DNA of 64,000 nucleotides. Origin: Candidatus Thalassarchaeum betae (GTDB lineage Archaea; Thermoplasmatota; Poseidoniia; Poseidoniales; Thalassarchaeaceae). Numbering within the stretch: the first letter of the stretch is position 1; each line of letters starts with the position of its first letter. The notes below the pieces were generated by a model. The model worked only from the letters and a program-made list of their open reading frames with translations, was not told where the DNA came from and ran no database searches. The stretch lies in assembly GCA_022447095.1 (NCBI GenBank), contig JAKUUP010000006.1, positions 2,123-66,122 on the forward strand, given 5' to 3'. The position numbers and the translations under genes were made by a program. Shown here in pieces: positions 37,598-46,737 of this stretch.

Positions 37598-38472
37598 AGC
37601 GCAAAGTGTTGGCCCTGTCTACCCACGTTCCACCCTAGGTCTGAGACCTCCTCGCCCTGGCTTGAGCCCGACTCGAGGAGTGGGTTGGAATGATTCAGGT
37701 GGATGAAGTGTATCTCGGGATCTTCCCCGACCCTCTCCCCCAGCCTCGCTATTGTCTCGGTGACCGTTGGATGTGGTATCTGTGACATATCCCGACCAGG
37801 CAACTCGTCCGAGTCCCAGAATGAACCATCGACAAACGCGATGTCAATACCTAGGAGGGACAGCCACTGACGCACAGAATTCGCCCCATGTCTTGCCAGC
37901 GTTTGCCCCCAGTCATCGTGATCGGGAAGGAACAGCAGGGAACGCATCGGCCCTCTGATGACGATAGCGTGGGTGTCGGCGAACTCGTCCCTGTGGGGAA
38001 CGGGAATGAACTCCATTTCAAAGCCGCAGTCAGCGCTGGGCTTGAACCGCTCCATCGAGGCGACCTCAGATGGGCTGAAGGGCGATAGCGAACCTCTACT
38101 GCCAAGCTCTTCTATCACAGAGGGACTCGCGAACAGAGGCAAACCGGAGCAACCCATCACCTCGTCACCGAACTGACCCAGACCATCGATATGACCCAAG
38201 TGGACGTGCGTAAGAGTGACTGTGTCTGGTCGGGCTACGCCGTCCGCTCCGATGGCCTCGGCCCACAGCCTCATCTGGTCAGGCAGCGAACGGCTCGCCT
38301 CAATCAGGTGAAGACTACCGTCACTTCCTCTAATCCCGCAGGCGACTGGATGCCTGCGCAGCGAGTGGTCCGCATGCGCAGCCATGCATCTCGGGCACGA
38401 GCACCCTGCATGAGGCACGCCTCCGTCCTGCGCTGTACCGAGCAGGACCAGAGTCACCCCCGTGCCGGACAT
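37594..38472 (-). CDS. MBL-fold metallohydrolase, PqqB-like
   Basis: LGTAQDGGVPHAGCSCPRC, LTHVHLGH, VPHRDE, DGSFW, IPHP and HLNHSNP motifs. Confidence 0.85.
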   Translation of the reverse strand: MSGTGVTLVLLGTAQDGGVPHAGCSCPRCMAAHADHSLRRHPVACGIRGSDGSLHLIEASRSLPDQMRLWAEAIGADGVARPDTVTLTHVHLGHIDGLGQFGDEVMGCSGLPLFASPSVIEELGSRGSLSPFSPSEVASMERFKPSADCGFEMEFIPVPHRDEFADTHAIVIRGPMRSLLFLPDHDDWGQTLARHGANSVRQWLSLLGIDIAFVDGSFWDSDELPGRDMSQIPHPTVTETIARLGERVGEDPEIHFIHLNHSNPLLESGSSQGEEVSDLGWNVGRQGQHFAL

Positions 38473-38571
38473 CAGTTGGCGGTGAACAGCATCGGAAATG
38501 AAGCAGTCGGGTGCTGAAAATCAGGTATGTTGTTCCGATGGAGCCATGAACCGGACCGGTATTTGCGGGCT

Positions 38572-39750
38572 ATGGCGGCTGACCTGTCGTGGATGCGCGA
38601 GCGCTACGAGCAACTTCGTTCGCAGGGACTCGACTGGAATCCTCCAACGCTGCAGTCGGCCAGCGAGCCGCGTTGCATCATCGACGGTCAGGAGATGGTC
38701 ATGCTCTCGGCCAACAACTATCTCAATCTCTCAACTCACCCAAAAGTTGTCGAAGCCTCCATCGAAGCCACTAGGAAGTACGGGGCAGGTTCGGGCTCGG
38801 TCAGAGCCATCGCGGGCACCCTCGACCTTCACTTAGAGGCGGAGCGAATCTGCGCCCAGTTCAAACAGGTCGAGGCGGTGCTGATATATTCGTCAGGATA
38901 CACGGCAAACGTCGGCCTCATCCCGACACTGGTGCGCGGCTCTGAGGACATCATCATCTCCGATGAACTCAACCATGGTTCCATCATTGACGGCGTCCGC
39001 TTAACCAAGGCCTCGCGAGCTGTATACCAGCACAACGACATGTCCGCGCTTGAGCAGATTCTGAGGGAGCATTCCGGGAGCGAGAGGAAACTGATCATCA
39101 CCGACGGCGTGTTCAGCATGGACGGCGATATCGCGTTGCTTGACGAGATTACCGAGCTCGCCGACGAGCACGACGCGATGGTGTTCGTCGACGACTGTCA
39201 CGGCGAGGGCGTCCTCGGCGAGGGCCGCGGCATCGTCGCGCACTTCGGTCTGCAGGGCCGGGTGAACTTCGAGATTGGCTCCTATTCCAAGGCTCTGGGC
39301 GTGCAGGGCGGCATCGTCGCCGGTAGCGAGGAGGTCCGCAGACACGCTCTCAATCACAGCCGCTCTTGGTTGCTCTCGGGCAGCCAGCCCCCCGGAGTCG
39401 CCGCCGCGCAGAAGGCAGCGATAGAGGTGCTGATGTCAGAGCCTGAGCACGTGCAGAGGCTGTGGGAGAACACCGATTACTTCCGCGGCGAACTCGATTC
39501 AATGGGCTTCGACACCGGAGTGAGCGAGACACCGATCATCCCCGTTATGTGCGGCGAGAGTGGACTGGCTCAGAACCTCTCGGCAGAACTGCGAAAGGTT
39601 GGAGTCATGGTAGGCGCCATTGTGTTCCCGATGGTGCCTCGCGACAAAGCCCGGGTCAGAACGCAGATGTCCGCAGGACTGACCCGCGAGGACATCGACG
39701 ACGTCTTGGGCAAGTTCGAGTCTTGCGGGCGTAAATTGGGACTGATATGA
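38572..39750 (+). CDS. kbl: glycine C-acetyltransferase / 8-amino-7-oxononanoate synthase family PLP enzyme
   Basis: ANNYL.L, GSVRAIAGT, SDELNHGSIIDG, DGVFSMDGD, DDCH and SKALG motifs. Confidence 0.85.
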   Translation: MAADLSWMRERYEQLRSQGLDWNPPTLQSASEPRCIIDGQEMVMLSANNYLNLSTHPKVVEASIEATRKYGAGSGSVRAIAGTLDLHLEAERICAQFKQVEAVLIYSSGYTANVGLIPTLVRGSEDIIISDELNHGSIIDGVRLTKASRAVYQHNDMSALEQILREHSGSERKLIITDGVFSMDGDIALLDEITELADEHDAMVFVDDCHGEGVLGEGRGIVAHFGLQGRVNFEIGSYSKALGVQGGIVAGSEEVRRHALNHSRSWLLSGSQPPGVAAAQKAAIEVLMSEPEHVQRLWENTDYFRGELDSMGFDTGVSETPIIPVMCGESGLAQNLSAELRKVGVMVGAIVFPMVPRDKARVRTQMSAGLTREDIDDVLGKFESCGRKLGLI

Positions 39751-39760
39751 GGGCGATGAG

Positions 39761-39985
39761 ATGACGACGCAGACAACTGAGGCCAGAGAGAGACTGCTTG
39801 TGATATGGCTGGTTGCCTCGGCCTTCGGTATTATGTTCGCCGTGCTGTCTTGGTTGCAGGAGTCAGGACTTCTGCCTCCTGCTGACGAACTGGGTTTCTG
39901 GAAGGGACTCCTAGCTGTTCTGACAGGGCTCGTACTCTACTGGATTGTCGCCCGCAACATCCCCGGAGGTCCCGGCGATGAGTGA
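39761..39985 (+). CDS. small 2-TM membrane protein
   Basis: Two hydrophobic helices; operonic spacing. Confidence 0.65.
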   Translation: MTTQTTEARERLLVIWLVASAFGIMFAVLSWLQESGLLPPADELGFWKGLLAVLTGLVLYWIVARNIPGGPGDE

Positions 39986-40415
39986 GTTGGGCCGCTGGCC
40001 GATTAGTTGCGATATCCCTGTACAGTGGGGTGAGATGGATGCTCTCAACCACGTCAACCACACTGTGTTCATCAGGTGGATGGAGACGGCGAGGATGCAC
40101 TATTTCGTCGCCTGTGGATTCACCGACCTGCTCGAGCAGGAGGGAATAGGCCCAATTCTCGCGGGTCTCAATGTGGACTATCGCGCCCCCGTAACCTTCC
40201 CTGACACAGTCACGGTGCACACCACCATTACCAGCATCGGCACATCTTCGTTTCAGATGGGATACACGCTGACGAGCGCAGCCCTAGGGGGCCAGAAGGT
40301 AGTAACGGCCACTGTCTCAGGGGTGGTTTTCGACTACAACGCCAACCACAGCACGCCGATGCCCGACAGCCTACGGGCTAGGATACTCGAACTCGAGGCG
40401 AGTGGCAGCGGCTAG
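39978..40415 (+). CDS. acyl-CoA thioesterase (4HBT/hotdog fold)
   Basis: WGEMDALNHVNH..E.AR and YRAPVTFPD motifs; GGAGGT upstream. Confidence 0.9.
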   Translation: MSELGRWPISCDIPVQWGEMDALNHVNHTVFIRWMETARMHYFVACGFTDLLEQEGIGPILAGLNVDYRAPVTFPDTVTVHTTITSIGTSSFQMGYTLTSAALGGQKVVTATVSGVVFDYNANHSTPMPDSLRARILELEASGSG

Positions 40416-41107
40416 CCCGAGGCCTCGACCACTTCGTCAAGCTCCTCGTCACCAATATCGGCAGCATCTTCAGTTGGAGCTTCGGCAATCGTCTTGCGCA
40501 TGCCCTCGAAGGGCATCAGGCCACGGTCCAGCCTATCCAGTATCCTCCACCTAGGTGCGTACGACAGGTGAACGTAGAACGGCCCGGGGAAGACCAAGAG
40601 GAACCACCCAAGCCAAGTGGCGTACTCGGGAATCTCGTCCATCATCGAGACGGAGAGTAAGATCAGTCCGATGAAGGGGAACGGGAACAAGTACCTCCGG
40701 CGGTTCTCGAGACGAATCGGTGGGCGCTTTACCATAGAGGCCACGAAGGATGAGAAACCACCTAGAAAAGCCGTCATAGTCACTAGGATGAGCGTCTGCA
40801 TCCCCCATTCTCGGATTATCCCCTCCAACCCATTCCCATCCGCATTCCCTTGGTATCCGTATGGGAGCAGCAGGGTCAGTCCAATCAGCAAACCGTAGAA
40901 ACCACCGACGAACACAGGGTGGGAGACGGTCAGAGGGTAGCGCAGGAACATTCGGCTCAGCGAACCTCCTTCCAGCATGTGCCTATGGTCGGGGTCGAGC
41001 TCATCGAGCCTGTCACGCCAGTCAGACACGAGCATGCGCGCATACGCCCCCACTATCACCGTTGCGGGAACAAATCGCTGTTTTTCGACCCTCAGGGTGA
41101 TTTCCAT
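40412..41107 (-). CDS. hypothetical membrane protein (4 TM)
   Basis: Hydrophobic segments and acidic tail. The start codon is uncertain. Confidence 0.65.
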   Translation of the reverse strand: MEITLRVEKQRFVPATVIVGAYARMLVSDWRDRLDELDPDHRHMLEGGSLSRMFLRYPLTVSHPVFVGGFYGLLIGLTLLLPYGYQGNADGNGLEGIIREWGMQTLILVTMTAFLGGFSSFVASMVKRPPIRLENRRRYLFPFPFIGLILLSVSMMDEIPEYATWLGWFLLVFPGPFYVHLSYAPRWRILDRLDRGLMPFEGMRKTIAEAPTEDAADIGDEELDEVVEASG

Positions 41108-41526
41108 CCACCAATCAGTTTGACGGAACCGGTCGGTAAGCCCCACTCGGGCTCGTCGGCAGCAGCATCCCTGATGAAAGGCGTCAATCCCACTCGCAGC
41201 CTAGCTATGTCGACACCCCAGATTCCGTGCTCGACTCCATCGAGCCTCCTGATCAACTTAGAAGCCATGTTCACGACGCCTCGGACCTTGCCGCGCTCGT
41301 AGTTGTACAGCAAAGCCGCGCACTGTATCATGCCTTGGACAGCGTCAATCTCCGCTCTGCACTCTCGAGGCTTGAGTCCCTTCCAGAGATCCTCCCAGGA
41401 TTCGTGCGCATGCCAGAACTCAGTCTGGTCGAAGAGTTCGCAACCCTCGATGAACAGCCCTTGCTCCTCTTCAGACAATTCACTCCAGTCAAGCAGTGTC
41501 GGATCGTGTGGCAGGGGTGCACTCAT
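41092..41526 (-). CDS. DUF309 family protein
   Basis: LF...FWHAHESWEDLW..QGMIQ.A motif. Confidence 0.85.
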   Translation of the reverse strand: MSAPLPHDPTLLDWSELSEEEQGLFIEGCELFDQTEFWHAHESWEDLWKGLKPRECRAEIDAVQGMIQCAALLYNYERGKVRGVVNMASKLIRRLDGVEHGIWGVDIARLRVGLTPFIRDAAADEPEWGLPTGSVKLIGGWKSP

Positions 41527-41606
41527 TTCGCATCTCCCCTCGCTGATTCTATTGTCGGAGAAGTTATCACGTGTTCCCCTCTAGGTGCGATAATTGGAGC
41601 ATTAAC

Positions 41607-42776
41607 ATGGGTGACGAGGACACACTCTATACAATAACAGAGACCGATCTCGACTCCGGTCTGAGAGGGGTCCCGGTAGGAACTTGCAAGACCTCCTATG
41701 TCGACCCGATTGAGGGCGTCCACTACGTCGGCTATCCCGTGGGGGACCTAGCCAACCTCGAGGAGGAGGATGTGATATTTCTGCTCATGCACAAGCATCT
41801 GCCCACACCAGATGAGTCCAAGGCGTTCCATGCTGAACTCGCACACAGGGCGGAGGAGATTCCAACAGGTGCGCTGCGTGTGCTAGAGTCACTGACTCCT
41901 GGAAGCGGTCACCCGATGGACTGGCTAGCAATCGGGATTATGTCTCTGGGCGCCGCTGACACCACCGGTGACGCACGGTCCGACTCGATGAACCTCATCG
42001 CTAGGATGCCGGAGTTGATGGCCCGGATCTTCCTGCTCCGGGGAGGCAAGCCAGGAGAACTCAGGCCACGCAAGCCCGAACTCGGGCTGGTCGAGAACTT
42101 CGTCCACATGCTAGGGGTCGAGGGCGCCGAGGCCGAGCGGATGGAGCGCATGCTACGATTCTTCTTCATACTGCACATGGACCATGGCGGCGGCAACCTC
42201 TCGACCTTCTCAGGTAAGGCTGTCGCCAGCGGGCGCGCCTCGATATACGCCTCTATCTCCAGCGCCATGAACGCGCTGTCGGGACCTTTGCACGGACGCG
42301 CCAATCAGGCTTGCCTTGAGTTCGTCCAGAGGATAGGGACCTCGGACTCCGATGAGATCGAGGCCTTCGTGCGCTCGGAGTTGGCAGCCCGCCGGCCAAT
42401 CTACGGTTTCGGCCACGGCGTTCTTCGCGCCGAGGACCCCCGGGCTAAACTCTTGATAGGACTCGGCGAGGAGATATGCCCTGATGACGAGAACTTCCGA
42501 ACCGTCACTGCCCTTCGAGAGGTCGTACCTCCTATCCTGAAGGAAATACCGAAGATTAGCAATCCGTACCCCAACGTCGACCTTGCCAGTGGGAGTCTTC
42601 TGAACTCGGTCGGCTTCCATAAGCCGGACTACTACACGACATTCTTTGGCTGGGCGCGAGTCGCTGGAATCTGCGCGCAGATACTGGATGAGCGAAATGC
42701 GCGTGAGGGCCGTGGCACACCGATTTACCGGCCGAAGTACATCGCCAGAGATCAGCCACACCGACGACTCGATTGA
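41607..42776 (+). CDS. gltA: citrate synthase
   Basis: GLRGV, HPM, DHGGGN, GPLHGRAN, GFGHGVLR.EDPR, PNVD and PIYRPK motifs. Confidence 0.93.
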   Translation: MGDEDTLYTITETDLDSGLRGVPVGTCKTSYVDPIEGVHYVGYPVGDLANLEEEDVIFLLMHKHLPTPDESKAFHAELAHRAEEIPTGALRVLESLTPGSGHPMDWLAIGIMSLGAADTTGDARSDSMNLIARMPELMARIFLLRGGKPGELRPRKPELGLVENFVHMLGVEGAEAERMERMLRFFFILHMDHGGGNLSTFSGKAVASGRASIYASISSAMNALSGPLHGRANQACLEFVQRIGTSDSDEIEAFVRSELAARRPIYGFGHGVLRAEDPRAKLLIGLGEEICPDDENFRTVTALREVVPPILKEIPKISNPYPNVDLASGSLLNSVGFHKPDYYTTFFGWARVAGICAQILDERNAREGRGTPIYRPKYIARDQPHRRLD

Positions 42777-43883
42777 TTAGTCTGTGTCGCCCGCTCCACG
42801 ATGCCCAATCAGTCTTGGACTGCCCCATGGTAGCCCATTCTCAGCCTCTGCGGCCCACTTGTCTTCCGACCCTGCCCAGAACATGCGATGGCCCTGCTCA
42901 GTGACCATTTCCCTCTTTCGACTACTATCTAATTCGGGCCATGTGGGGAGGGATTCTCCCGCTTCCCTGATCAAGTCACCTCGCTCTGAGTCCGAGGCAG
43001 CATCGAGGCGCCCGCGCCACTCATCGTCGAGCGGCTGGCTGGCAGGCCTCATCCAGCGTGCTTTGCCATCGGGTAGAGAGAAGACACTCGGGTCCATATG
43101 ATCGGAGATGAGCGATATTCCCGCTTCCAGCATCGAAGCCTCTAGTTCCAGCGGCGCAGGCCACACATGCAGCCCCATCCCTACTCGAGCTCTGTTGAGG
43201 CGCTCGAGCCCCCTTCCACTGATTGCCATCGGTGTTCCGGGATGTGCGAAACGCTCCCATCCCTGCAGGTACTGGAGGGCCATTGCAATGGCAGGCATCC
43301 CTTCCTCTCGATGCTCCTCGATCAGGCCTGTGACCGTGCTGAGCACGAAGCTCGGAGTCCCGACGAGTCGTTTGATCCAAAAACTGCCCCAAGGTCTGAG
43401 ATAGGGTGACAGGCGAGTCACTGGAAGCCCGAATCCTACTGATTTGGCGACAGGTCCGATTCTCGGGCTGAAGCTGTACACCAGTGCGGACCGGTCGGGC
43501 AGGTCAAATGGGTCAAGACTCTCTTCTAGGAGTCTCATCATGGCACTCAGATGAGCATCGACGTCGTCTATCTGCGCCGCTGGATGCGGAACTTTGAACT
43601 CGATGTTCGCAGTCTTTCCGCCGGCTTGCCAGACATCCGTTAATACTCCTTGAGAGAGCACCTCATCGAATGTCACGGTTCCTAGCGAGCGTATTTCGCT
43701 GGTACTCATCCTCTCGATACTCCTCTCGAATTTGTCCCCCTCTCCCGGAACCAGCTCGTTGTGGTAGACTACGAACTCGCCGTCGCTGCTGAGTCGGAGG
43801 TCGAATTCGATTCCGTCAGCGAACTGCATGCCATGCAGCAGCGCTGCGAGCGAATTCTCCTTGGGCTGGTCCCAGACAGTCAT
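42777..43883 (-). CDS. glycerophosphodiester phosphodiesterase, circularly permuted
   Basis: PKENSLAA, DGIEFDLRLSSDG..VVYH, NIEFK and YSF; LIGHRGAG at the extreme C-terminus. Confidence 0.82.
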   Translation of the reverse strand: MTVWDQPKENSLAALLHGMQFADGIEFDLRLSSDGEFVVYHNELVPGEGDKFERSIERMSTSEIRSLGTVTFDEVLSQGVLTDVWQAGGKTANIEFKVPHPAAQIDDVDAHLSAMMRLLEESLDPFDLPDRSALVYSFSPRIGPVAKSVGFGLPVTRLSPYLRPWGSFWIKRLVGTPSFVLSTVTGLIEEHREEGMPAIAMALQYLQGWERFAHPGTPMAISGRGLERLNRARVGMGLHVWPAPLELEASMLEAGISLISDHMDPSVFSLPDGKARWMRPASQPLDDEWRGRLDAASDSERGDLIREAGESLPTWPELDSSRKREMVTEQGHRMFWAGSEDKWAAEAENGLPWGSPRLIGHRGAGDTD

Positions 43884-43993
43884 GCCAACACTTCACGCGT
43901 GCGGCGTCCAGTCCAAGAATGCAATGACGGAACACGTACACCTCCTCCCCAATGCTCAAACCCTCAGACCTCCAGCGCCGTCTAGGTAGTACT

Positions 43994-45931
43994 ATGTCAG
44001 ACACAGTTGAACTAGACCGCGCATCAGACCCCCGAGCAGTACGGGGATACGCATTCTATGATTGGGCCAAGTCCTCTTTCGAGACCAGCGTCACTACCGC
44101 GGTGTTGCCCGGGTGGTTTGCTTACATATTCCTGAAGGCGAATGGATTGGAGGCAAGCGTTCTCGGCATGGAAATGACCAGTGACGCGATATGGTCCTTC
44201 TCTGTGACTATCGCCGCCCTTTTCGTTGCTATTCTCGCTCCCTCCCTCGGAGTCATAGCCGACCGACGCGCCATCAAGATATGGTGGCTAAGGATTCTGA
44301 CCTACTTAGGGGCCGGGTCAACATTCATGCTCGCCTTCGCCCCGATGTTTGGAGTTTCCCAACAGTGGGTCTGGCTGATTGTGATGTTCCTGATGGCAAA
44401 CGTTGGCTTGAACGGCGCGGGGGTGTTCTACAACGCTCTCCTCCCCCATTTGGGCACCGACGACGAGATGGACGCCATTTCGAACAAGGCGTACGCCTAC
44501 GGCTACCTCGGCGGCGGACTTCTTCTAGCAGTCCACCTCGGCATGTGGATGACACTCACCGGGGATTGGATTATCCCGTTCATCATGGCCTCATCCGGCG
44601 TCTGGTGGCTAGGATTTGCTTGCCTGACCTTCGCTTGGGTGCCTGAGCCGCCGATTGAGAATGAGATGGAAATACTCGGGGTTGCCGACTCCGCGAAGTT
44701 TGCCTTCAGTGAACTGAAGACGACCCTCGGTCAAATCACTCGCTTCCGCACTCTGTTCATTTACATGCTCGCCTACTTCTTCTTCATTGACGGCATTAAC
44801 ACCGTCACAGCTCTAGCTGGAATCTACGGAGTCACAGTACTCGGCCTGACCATCGGGAATTTGATCGCCATCATCCTAGTAATCCAGTTCGTGGCCGCGC
44901 CTTGTGCAATCGGCTTCACCAAACTCGCGGCGAGGACCTCCACGCACCAAGCTCTCTCATTCTCGTTGGTCATGTGGGTCATAGTCATCTTTGGTGCGTT
45001 ATCCTTCGCCCCACTGGTTCTCGATTCGCATGACGAGTATGACCTCCAGTTCGATTGGGACATGGACGGCGATGGAATCGCCGATTCCGAGGACGATGAC
45101 ACTGATGGTGATTGGTACTCCAATGCGGCTGAGACAGAGGCAGGAACCGATCCGCTGGACCCTTCAAGCACCCCCAACCCCAATCCATCGATATGGTTGC
45201 AGCAACGCCTATCTGGAAAGGGCCAGTATGTCGTATCCGTCGGCGACAGCACCTACGATAACGGCCTGTCTCAGAGCGAGGAGGAGCAGGCTTGGGGATT
45301 AGAATGGTCAGATGTCCTCCCTCTACACTTCGTCGATAACGAAGCAGGGGACACAATCTACGAGTTCGACGATCCCTCTGGCCCAGCAACATCGGTCTTG
45401 AATGTCAGCAGAATATCTGATTTCACCTCTACCTTCGACGAGGACAGCCGCTTGAGCATGAGTATCCAGGGTGGGGATTTGGACGGCACCACCGCACTGG
45501 GCGACGATCACCCTACGAGTCTGGGGGATGGTCCGCTGGATTTCGTATCTGATGCCGCTCGTGACAATCTTTGGGGACCCCTTGGATTCGGAGTCTTCCT
45601 CCAGTTCCTGCTACTGGGTTGCATGGCGGGAGCTCTGCTGGGCGGCTCCCAGGGACTGGCGCGCAGCATCTTCGGCCAGATGGTACCTGAGACCCGCAGC
45701 GCCGAGTTCTTCGGATTCTTCGGATTCTTCGGCAGGGTGGCGGCAATCCTCGGACCGCTCCTGTATGGCACTCTCACAGTGATGTACGACAGCAGAGTTG
45801 GGATAGCCAGCATCTGCGTCCTAATCGTCATCGGCGCGGTTATGATGAAGTGGGTCGATGTCGACGACGGTCGCCGTGCGGCTATGGAAGAGGATGCACG
45901 CAACCGCGGCATCAGCCTCGAGTCCGCGTGA
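43994..45931 (+). CDS. MFS transporter (UMF1/Atg22-like) with inserted acidic domain
   Basis: YDWA.S.F.T, FYNALLP, GYLGG, DGINTV and GGSQGLARS..EFFGF motifs. Confidence 0.9.
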   Translation: MSDTVELDRASDPRAVRGYAFYDWAKSSFETSVTTAVLPGWFAYIFLKANGLEASVLGMEMTSDAIWSFSVTIAALFVAILAPSLGVIADRRAIKIWWLRILTYLGAGSTFMLAFAPMFGVSQQWVWLIVMFLMANVGLNGAGVFYNALLPHLGTDDEMDAISNKAYAYGYLGGGLLLAVHLGMWMTLTGDWIIPFIMASSGVWWLGFACLTFAWVPEPPIENEMEILGVADSAKFAFSELKTTLGQITRFRTLFIYMLAYFFFIDGINTVTALAGIYGVTVLGLTIGNLIAIILVIQFVAAPCAIGFTKLAARTSTHQALSFSLVMWVIVIFGALSFAPLVLDSHDEYDLQFDWDMDGDGIADSEDDDTDGDWYSNAAETEAGTDPLDPSSTPNPNPSIWLQQRLSGKGQYVVSVGDSTYDNGLSQSEEEQAWGLEWSDVLPLHFVDNEAGDTIYEFDDPSGPATSVLNVSRISDFTSTFDEDSRLSMSIQGGDLDGTTALGDDHPTSLGDGPLDFVSDAARDNLWGPLGFGVFLQFLLLGCMAGALLGGSQGLARSIFGQMVPETRSAEFFGFFGFFGRVAAILGPLLYGTLTVMYDSRVGIASICVLIVIGAVMMKWVDVDDGRRAAMEEDARNRGISLESA

Positions 45932-46679
45932 GCCTGTCGATGACCAGTGCGAACTCGAGCAGGACCAGCATAGGTCCGCCGACTAGGAAGAGTGAGAGCG
46001 GGTCGGGTGGTGAGAGTAGCGCGCCCACCAGCAGAGCGGAGAACCAGAAGACCCCGCGGTTTTCCGTGATTGTGGAACGTTCGATGACATCGTAACGCAG
46101 CAGCAGCAGAGCCGCAAGAGGGACTTGGAATCCTAGCACGGAGGCGAAGTACAGCCCAATAATGAAACCAATCCATGATTGCAATTGCCAAGTCGATTCG
46201 AGTCCCGATGCAGCTGCATCCTCCGAGAGGTACTGCAACAGCATCGGGACCAGTATCTCGTGTGCGTACATTGCCCCCAGTACTACTAGAGCCGTGGAGC
46301 CAAGGATGACGAACAGCAGTCCACCGAGGCCACCCCCAATCGGGACGAACTTCTTTCGGCGAGCCTCAGAGAGTATTGCCCTACCGTTCCATCCCAGATC
46401 GCACATCAGGGTCAGCGCGACCAGCACCATACCGAGATTGAATGCTATCCTCAGCCTCAGGAGGACGACTTCCATCGGCTGGAGTATGACAATCTGAACT
46501 CCGTCTGGCTTGTAGCCATCTGCATGCCGCAACCACTCGATGACGTCTTCTGCGGCAGGGTATCCGGCGATGAAAGAAACTAGGAAAACCGCCATGAGTA
46601 GGTAGAGTCTACGATTCAGGTGTTCCACCAAGCCTCGAAGCTCGGCTCTAGGGAGGATATCGACAGGACCTCCGGCCAT
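45912..46679 (-). CDS. tatC: twin-arginine translocase subunit TatC
   Basis: EHL..R, LQPME, GFQVP and SPPDPLS motifs. Confidence 0.82.
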   Translation of the reverse strand: MAGGPVDILPRAELRGLVEHLNRRLYLLMAVFLVSFIAGYPAAEDVIEWLRHADGYKPDGVQIVILQPMEVVLLRLRIAFNLGMVLVALTLMCDLGWNGRAILSEARRKKFVPIGGGLGGLLFVILGSTALVVLGAMYAHEILVPMLLQYLSEDAAASGLESTWQLQSWIGFIIGLYFASVLGFQVPLAALLLLRYDVIERSTITENRGVFWFSALLVGALLSPPDPLSLFLVGGPMLVLLEFALVIDRLTRTRG

Positions 46680-46737
46680 GTTGTGGCGTGGGTGTCCTGT
46701 TCGTGAATACATCGCAACGTCAACTTGCGACCACGCA

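Noticed and set aside
37594-38472. PQQ biosynthesis locus
   Set aside because: Only a stand-alone PqqB-like MBL hydrolase is present; there is no pqqA, C, D or E nearby.
42777-43883. GDPD as an N-terminally truncated pseudogene
   Set aside because: The missing HRG strand is present at the C-terminus and the ORF is uninterrupted.
45706-45732. Tandem TTCTTCGGA repeat
   Set aside because: It simply encodes the conserved EFFGFFGFFG segment of this MFS family.
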